Shown here: one piece after another, positions 58,614 to 64,000 of the stretch
Layout of the letters: the number at the start of each line of letters is the position of its first letter
Position numbering within the stretch: position 1 is the stretch's first letter
Assembly: GCA_002104905.1 (NCBI GenBank)
Contig: MCFE01000483.1
Span: 1 to 64,000, forward strand
From: Basidiobolus meristosporus CBS 931.73
Taxonomy: Eukaryota > Fungi > Basidiobolomycota
Length of the DNA stretch: 64,000 nucleotides
Reading direction: 5' to 3'
Position numbers and translations under genes: made by a program
The notes under the pieces: generated by a model
What the model saw: the letters and a program-made list of their open reading frames with translations, nothing else
Database searches by the model: none
Told to the model about the DNA's origin: nothing

Positions 58614-58927
58614 AGTGTAGACCTTAGGGTTCAAGGTGCACACCAGGAAATTTGGGGGGTTTGAATACGCGTGAAAAAAAAGGGAAGAAAACCGAAGGAC
58701 TGGGGTGGTGGTGTATTCCACCAAGGTTGAAAGGTAAATGAAAGCGTCAAGGTAGAGTCCTCGAGGAGCTTTTAAATTGAGTGGATGGTGCTTCTTGCTG
58801 ATGATTGGCCAGATGAGATCCTCATTTGCCAGACCGCCGTAACTGAACAGTTAGACTTCGATTTTCATCCGCACTGAAAATTAGCGCAGCCTATGACAGG
58901 ATTGAAATCTTCCTCTCTGGACGCGAC

Positions 58928-59706
58928 ATGAATCAGATCTCCGGATCCAAGGCGCTTTACGCGTCGCCATTCGCTGATGTGATCAAAACAATCCCAATTC
59001 GAATTCGAGCGACTTCAGGAGTTGAGGAGCAATTTACTGGTTTTAAGCTCGACGCATCACGAGTATCAACCGTGTCCACCCACTCCGATGTGACTGGAAA
59101 CCAGTTGGCGCTGGACGGGCGATTTCCTTCCAGCCCTCAAAGGCAGTCCACTAAAGCACCGCAACCCTTGGTATACAACAGGCCTCGACGTGCGTGCATG
59201 GTGCAGTCCCGCAGGCATTCTCAGGAGATTGCTACATTCGAAACGCCCGCACATGTTCGCTCTGATACCAGAGGAAGTGGGCAGCGATTTTAGCAGTGGG
59301 AGTTGGCGCACACAATCATCGCAGTTCTTAGCGTGTTTGCTGGATGGGGAGTTGGCTGGTGTCCAAACCAATTTTATTCGGCCAGATGGCACTGGAAATT
59401 TCATGAAGGTGGTTGAAAATAATCCTGTTGGACCCGACACAAGTACTTATCTTGCCTATTGTTCTCAAGTGGTTTAGTGAGGCACCAACGCTCCATACGC
59501 TTGTTGCTACTTATGGTATAAGGTGGTTCGTAGCACGTTCTGTGGTGGTGGTACACAATCCTTTTCTGATAAGTATTGAGCAATACGTAACTTTGCTCCA
59601 TACCTGGGATGAGATACCATCTCAAACCTACGAGAAATACTGCTTTTACTTGGTTCGACGCCTAATATCTTCCCATATAATAAGTCTCTACTTGGCGAAT
59701 TCCTAA
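58928..59706 (+). pseudogene. Probable frameshifted gene relic of unknown family
   Basis: Three consecutive overlapping ORFs in three different frames (58928-59293, 59190-59477, 59413-59706). They read as one protein-like sequence if frameshifts are assumed near 59185 and 59474. Confidence 0.35.
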
Positions 59707-60192
59707 ATCGCAAGTTGACTAAAGATTCAGCCCACGAGAAATCCAATAATCTTTTGGATTAGTAAAACTCTTGAAGTGTTTAAACCAGTCCAAATTGATG
59801 CCTCGGTGTAGCTCCTAATGATCCATACAGATTAGATATTTAATGATGGTTGCAGATATTCTAACTACACCTTTGTCAAGGGAAACGTTTGTAGGGTTAA
59901 GGTTTAGCTTAGGACTGGTCAGTGTGATCAATTGGCCGAGAAGTAATGCAACTAATTGGTAGTATCTAATTATTTCCATGTGTTGGTTTAGTACTTCATA
60001 ATGAAATCACGATTCATTGACATGGAATTTGCTTGGTAAGATATTTGCTAATCCTTAGAGATAGTGGAAATACAGAGTTGCCAGATTTTCTATCTGACCC
60101 AAAAGACCCCATACTCTGCATTCAACACCAAGGTGTGTTCCTCAAAGCAACCTTATTATTATACTTATAGTACACATGTAACAACTCAATAC

Positions 60193-60484
60193 TGTGGTAA
60201 ATTTCGTAATTGCACCTAAATATTCACTCAATCTGGTCACTTCGATCATGGTCTACAAATCTCACAGAATTCTGGCCAGATTCCTTGTTGGAATTTACTT
60301 GGAATATTGCACCAAACTATCAGGTACCCGGGATATGAACAATTGATGAGCTATCCAAGCAGCTCCAAACTTTGCACAAATGTTCATGGGACCTTGCTTA
60401 GCATATTCTGCATGCTTGTATTGCCAAGACCATGTAAAAGTATAAATACCACATTTACATTCAATGAATCACTGATTGAAAAAC
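60193..60484 (+). mobile_element. LTR fragment (outermost layer of the nest), interrupted after GAAAAAC
   Basis: Starts TGTGGTAAATT and is colinear with the consensus up to the TGAAAA(A)C motif, where another LTR begins. Confidence 0.75.
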
Positions 60485-61127
60485 GGTGGTAAATTTAGTG
60501 ATTACACCCAAACATTCCCCTAACTTAGTCACTTGGATCATTACCTACATATCTTAGAGGAGCCTGACCAAATTCCTTGTTGGGATTTACTTGATATATC
60601 TTCACCAAAATATCAGGTACCCAGAACTTGAAAATTTTATAAGTTGTCCAAACTGTTGTAATTATTAAGCTGTCACCTAAATATTCATGCTAACTTAGTC
60701 ACCTATATATTACTCTGTGATTAGCATTCTGTCCTGACCAACTTTCTTGTTGGGATTTACCTAAAACACTTTCACCAAATTATCAGGTACCCAGATTATG
60801 ATCTCTCAAAATTGTCCAAAAGCCCCCAAACTTTACACACATATTCCTGGGACCTTCCTTAACCAACTCTCCATGTTTGCTTGCTCTATCTTATCAAAAG
60901 TACAAATTCCATACTTTTGATCAATTAATATACAAGTGAAAAACATGTATATCCTCTAGTTCTCCACATCACTTCCAATACTCCTCAGAGTATTGCAACA
61001 CAAACAGCCCAGAACTCTGTACACATGCTCTTGGATTTTCCTAGATATACCCTCTGGGTTTGTTTGACCAAGACCCTGTGAAATTATAAATAATACTCTC
61101 ACATTCAATAAATCATTAGTTGAAAAC
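60485..61127 (+). mobile_element. Second-layer LTR, split in two (60485-60653 and 61001-61127)
   Basis: The sequence resumes seamlessly (GTTGTCCAAAC | AGCCCC) across the inserted LTR. It is then cut again after GAAAAC at 61127. Confidence 0.75.
60654..61000 (+). mobile_element. Nested solo LTR (347 bp) with perfect TSD CAAAC
   Basis: TGTTGTAA...TTGCAACA termini, with CAAAC at 60649-60653 and 61001-61005. Confidence 0.88.
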
Positions 61128-61351
61128 TGCTGTAAGAGTCTTGGAAATTTTGGAAGTGACAGGGAGAACAAGGGGATTATGTGGTTTTCACTTATTGATT
61201 AATTGAATGTAAAAGTAGTACTTGTACTTTTACATAGTGCTGGCATTATAAGCACATAGAATATGCTTTGAAGGGCCCAAAAACATATGTGCAAAATATG
61301 TGGCTGTTTGGATAGCTTTGAGAATCTTCTTGTTCTGGGTACCTAATATTT
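61128..61351 (-). mobile_element. Inverted LTR fragment (3' 224 bp), interrupted by the copia element
   Basis: Reverse complement matches the LTR 3' part and ends GACTCTTACAGCA. It is cut at 61351 by the copia 5' LTR. Confidence 0.8.
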
Positions 61352-61700
61352 TGTTGTAAAAATTCGTATTTCCACCTAAATATTCACCTAACTTAGTCAC
61401 TTAGATCATTACCTTCAAATCCTAGAAAATACTGACCAAATTCCTTGTCGGGATTTACTTAGAATATTTTCACCAAAATACCAGGTACCCAGAATATGAA
61501 AATTCTCAAAGTTGTCCAAACAGCCCCAAGCTTTGCACACATGTTCTTGGGACCTTCCTTAACCTATTCTACGTGTTTGTAATGCCAAGACCAGGTAAAA
61601 GTATAAATACTACTTTTACATTCAATAAATCATTAAGTGAAAACCACATAATCTACTTGTTCTCCCAATCACTTCCAATATCTCCAAGACTCTTACAACA
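61352..61700 (+). mobile_element. 5' LTR (349 bp) of a Ty1/copia retrotransposon
   Basis: TGTTGTAA...TTACAACA inverted termini, internal TATAAAT and AATAAA, followed directly by the PBS and gag. Confidence 0.93.
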
Positions 61701-61712
61701 GGTTATGAGCCC
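61701..61712 (+). other. Primer-binding site GGTTATGAGCCC, complementary to the anticodon arm of initiator tRNA-Met
   Basis: Immediately follows the LTR CA end. Its reverse complement GGGCTCATAACC matches the fungal tRNA-iMet anticodon stem-loop (CAT anticodon), as in half-tRNA-primed copia/Ty5-type elements. Confidence 0.75.
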
Positions 61713-64000
61713 CGAGCTGTCACTCTCTGCAATGTCTACTACTGCTATTACTGGAATTTTTCCCTCTGCTGAAAAGTTGGATGGATCTAACTACCAAGTG
61801 TGGAAGGTGAAGATGAAGATGCTGCTACAAGAAAGAGGCCTTTGGGATATTGTCATGGGAGAAGAATGCCCTCCTAAAAACGTGGGAGAGGAAGCCTTGA
61901 AGTACCAGAAGAAAGAACAAAGTGCCTTTAACTGCATTTGCCTTAATGTCAAGGACAAATTACTAATTCAATGCTCAAGAGCAAAAACGGCAAAGAATGC
62001 CTGGAAGGCATTAGAAGACACCTACCAGTCATGTTCAGCTGCCAAGAAAATGTATCTGAGAAGAAAATTCTTTACTACAAAGATGCTGCCAGGAGAAGAA
62101 ATGAAAAATCTAATTAATAGAATTACCCTGCTGGTAGATGAGATGGAATCTGTGGGCATACCAACTACTGATGAGGATGTGATAGTTACCATCCTGAATA
62201 GCCTGACAGACGAATTTCAGGGCCTTGTATCAGCCCTAGAGTCCAGAACTGAAGATTTGACCTTAAATTACGTATATGGAAGGCTCCTGGATGAAGAATT
62301 AAGAAAATCAAGCGCCAATAAGAAGGAAGAAGAAAATGCTTTAATAAGCAATGATAACCAACAAAGGAGGTACCCAAGACCCTACAAAGGCAACAGCAAC
62401 CTATTTTGCAACTACTGCAAAAGGAAAGGACACACATCAGACCGGTGTTTCAAAAAGAGAGATTATCAGCAAAAGAAGCCTGATTATGGAAATGCTGCAA
62501 CAACTGAAGATAGACTATTCATATCTGCACTAAATATGACCACAAACAAGGATTCTCAGACGTGGTATATTGACTCTGGAGCTTCTCAGCACCTTACACA
62601 CCAAAAAGAACTTTTTACCCAATATCAAGAAATTGCAATTAAGAAGATTTTCATGGGTGACAATAGAACACTTGATGCAGTGGGAGAAGGAACTATCCAA
62701 GTAAACCTAAGAAGCAGTGAAGGAAGCCATACACTGACCTTTCAAGAAGTACTCTATGTACCAGAAATAGCCAAGAACCTACTCTCTGTAAGCAAGGCCA
62801 CAGCAGAAGGACTCAGTTTCAGTTTTGACAATTCTGGATGCAGAATCACTGATCAAAATGGTGCTCATATTGCTTTGGGCATCAGAGATCAGAATCTATA
62901 CAAGTTGACTTATATTCCATCATATCTGGAAGCCAATATAAGTAACTTAAATGAAGAAACACCAATGCTTTGGCATAGGAGATTTGGACACATCAATTTT
63001 GATTATTTGCGTAAAATGATCAAAGATCAGCTAATTTCTGGAGTAAAAATTGATCCCCCAGCTAATTTGGAGCACTGTGAAGCCTGCATATATGGGAAAC
63101 AAGCCAGACAACCGTTCAAGAGCTCTGGGTTAATCAAAACTAAGAAAAAATTAGATCTAATTCACTCAGATCTGTGTGGACCTATGCAAAATTTATCCTT
63201 GGGCGGGATGAAGTATTTAATCACTTTTATTGATGATTATACAAGATACACATGGGTCTACTTCATGGAGAGAAAGGAAGAAGCTCTGTCTAAGTTCAGG
63301 GAGCTTAGAGCCATGGTGGAGAGAGAAACTGGTGAAAAAATCAAGAAAATATGCTCTGACAATGGTGGAGAATATACCTCAAAACTCTTCATCCACTTCT
63401 GCAAAATTCATGGGATAAAGCAAGAGACTACTGTACTATACTCCCCACAGCAAAATGGAGTAGCAGAATGAGCTAACAGATCAATAATTGATATGGCAAG
63501 ATCTATGATCCATGATCAAAAATTATCCTATGATTTTTGGGCGGAATCAGTTGCCACTGCTGTATATCTTAAAAATAGGAGTTATAAGAGAATACTTCGT
63601 GATTCTACTCCATTTGAAGCATGGTATGGATACAGACCAAGTGCAGAACATCTAAGAATATTTGGGTGTACAGCATATGCCAAAAAACTGGCCGGAAATC
63701 AGTCAAAATTTGAGCCAAAAAGTGTAAAATACATATTTTTGGGCTACTGCAATGAGAGTAAGGCATACAGACTCTACAATACCAAAGCAAAGAAGCTGAT
63801 CAAGTCCAGGGATGTGTTGTTTGATGAAAATTCAAAATTTTCACAAAAAATGACATCAGATGATGACAAAAATTTGATCTCAAGTCCACCAATTGTCAGG
63901 ATTGAATCAGAGCAAAACAATGAGAATTTTTTCACTCCAGAGGACTCTACAACCGTGGTTCAGCCAGAATTAGTGCCCAGGAATATCCCAGAAGTGATTA
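61705..64000 (+). mobile_element. Ty1/copia gag-protease-integrase polyprotein with one nonsense codon, truncated by the window end
   Basis: Gag KLDGSNYQVW, zinc knuckle CNYCKRKGHTSDRC, protease WYIDSGASQH, LWHRRFGH...CEAC, integrase IHSDLCGP / FIDDYTRY / SDNGGEY / PQQNGVAE. TGA at 63469-63471, after which the same frame continues ANRSIIDMARSM...FWAESV...LRIFGC...SRDVLFDE. RT and RNase H lie beyond 64000. Confidence 0.96.

Noticed and set aside
59760-60150. Possible reverse-transcriptase relic on the minus strand (KLNLNP and LEYL)
   Set aside because: Only two very short motifs in different frames, too degraded to call.
6422-61700. Recurrent ~345-bp repeats with regular spacing, considered as a CRISPR-like or satellite array
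   Set aside because: They are copia LTRs, with TG...CA ends, TSDs and an adjacent PBS and gag. There is no short repeat-spacer structure.
61573-61704. ORF-track N-terminal extension of the copia polyprotein
   Set aside because: It starts at a GTG inside the LTR, and the same peptide appears in the solo LTR at 19222. It is an open frame by chance; gag starts at 61705 or 61732.

Overview
Eukaryotic, fungal genomic DNA: short GT-AG introns with CTAAC/CTGAC branch points, plus RPS5, chitin synthase and CENP-A. The gene content suggests an early-diverging fungus, but that is inference. No prokaryotic operons, CRISPR arrays, rRNA or convincing tRNA genes were seen. Gene-rich stretches with normal CpG content alternate with AT-rich, almost CpG-free transposon islands (about 1-730, 4.55-6.76 kb, 17.5-20.1 kb, 59.8-64 kb). 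These islands hold at least 10 copies or fragments of one ~345-bp Ty1/copia LTR family, and the window ends inside a nearly intact copia element. Recognisable genes: a tandem array of small secreted 6-Cys proteins (two intact, one pseudogene), four Pho80/Pcl-type cyclins, a GT32 glycosyltransferase, a chitin synthase, a histidine-phosphatase-family protein, RPS5, indoleamine 2,3-dioxygenase, a protein with a duplicated domain of unknown function, ATP14 (missed by the ORF track), otubain, an NRBF2/Atg38-like MIT protein and CENP-A. The standout is a single intronless ORF (34735-38328, minus strand) that fuses a complete FMN/FAD/NAD(P)H diflavin reductase to a class I hybrid-cluster protein (HCP/prismane) with all cluster ligands present. 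It looks like a self-sufficient NO/hydroxylamine-reducing enzyme of probable bacterial ancestry, embedded in fungal DNA. All exon structures were reconstructed by hand and no database searches could be run.
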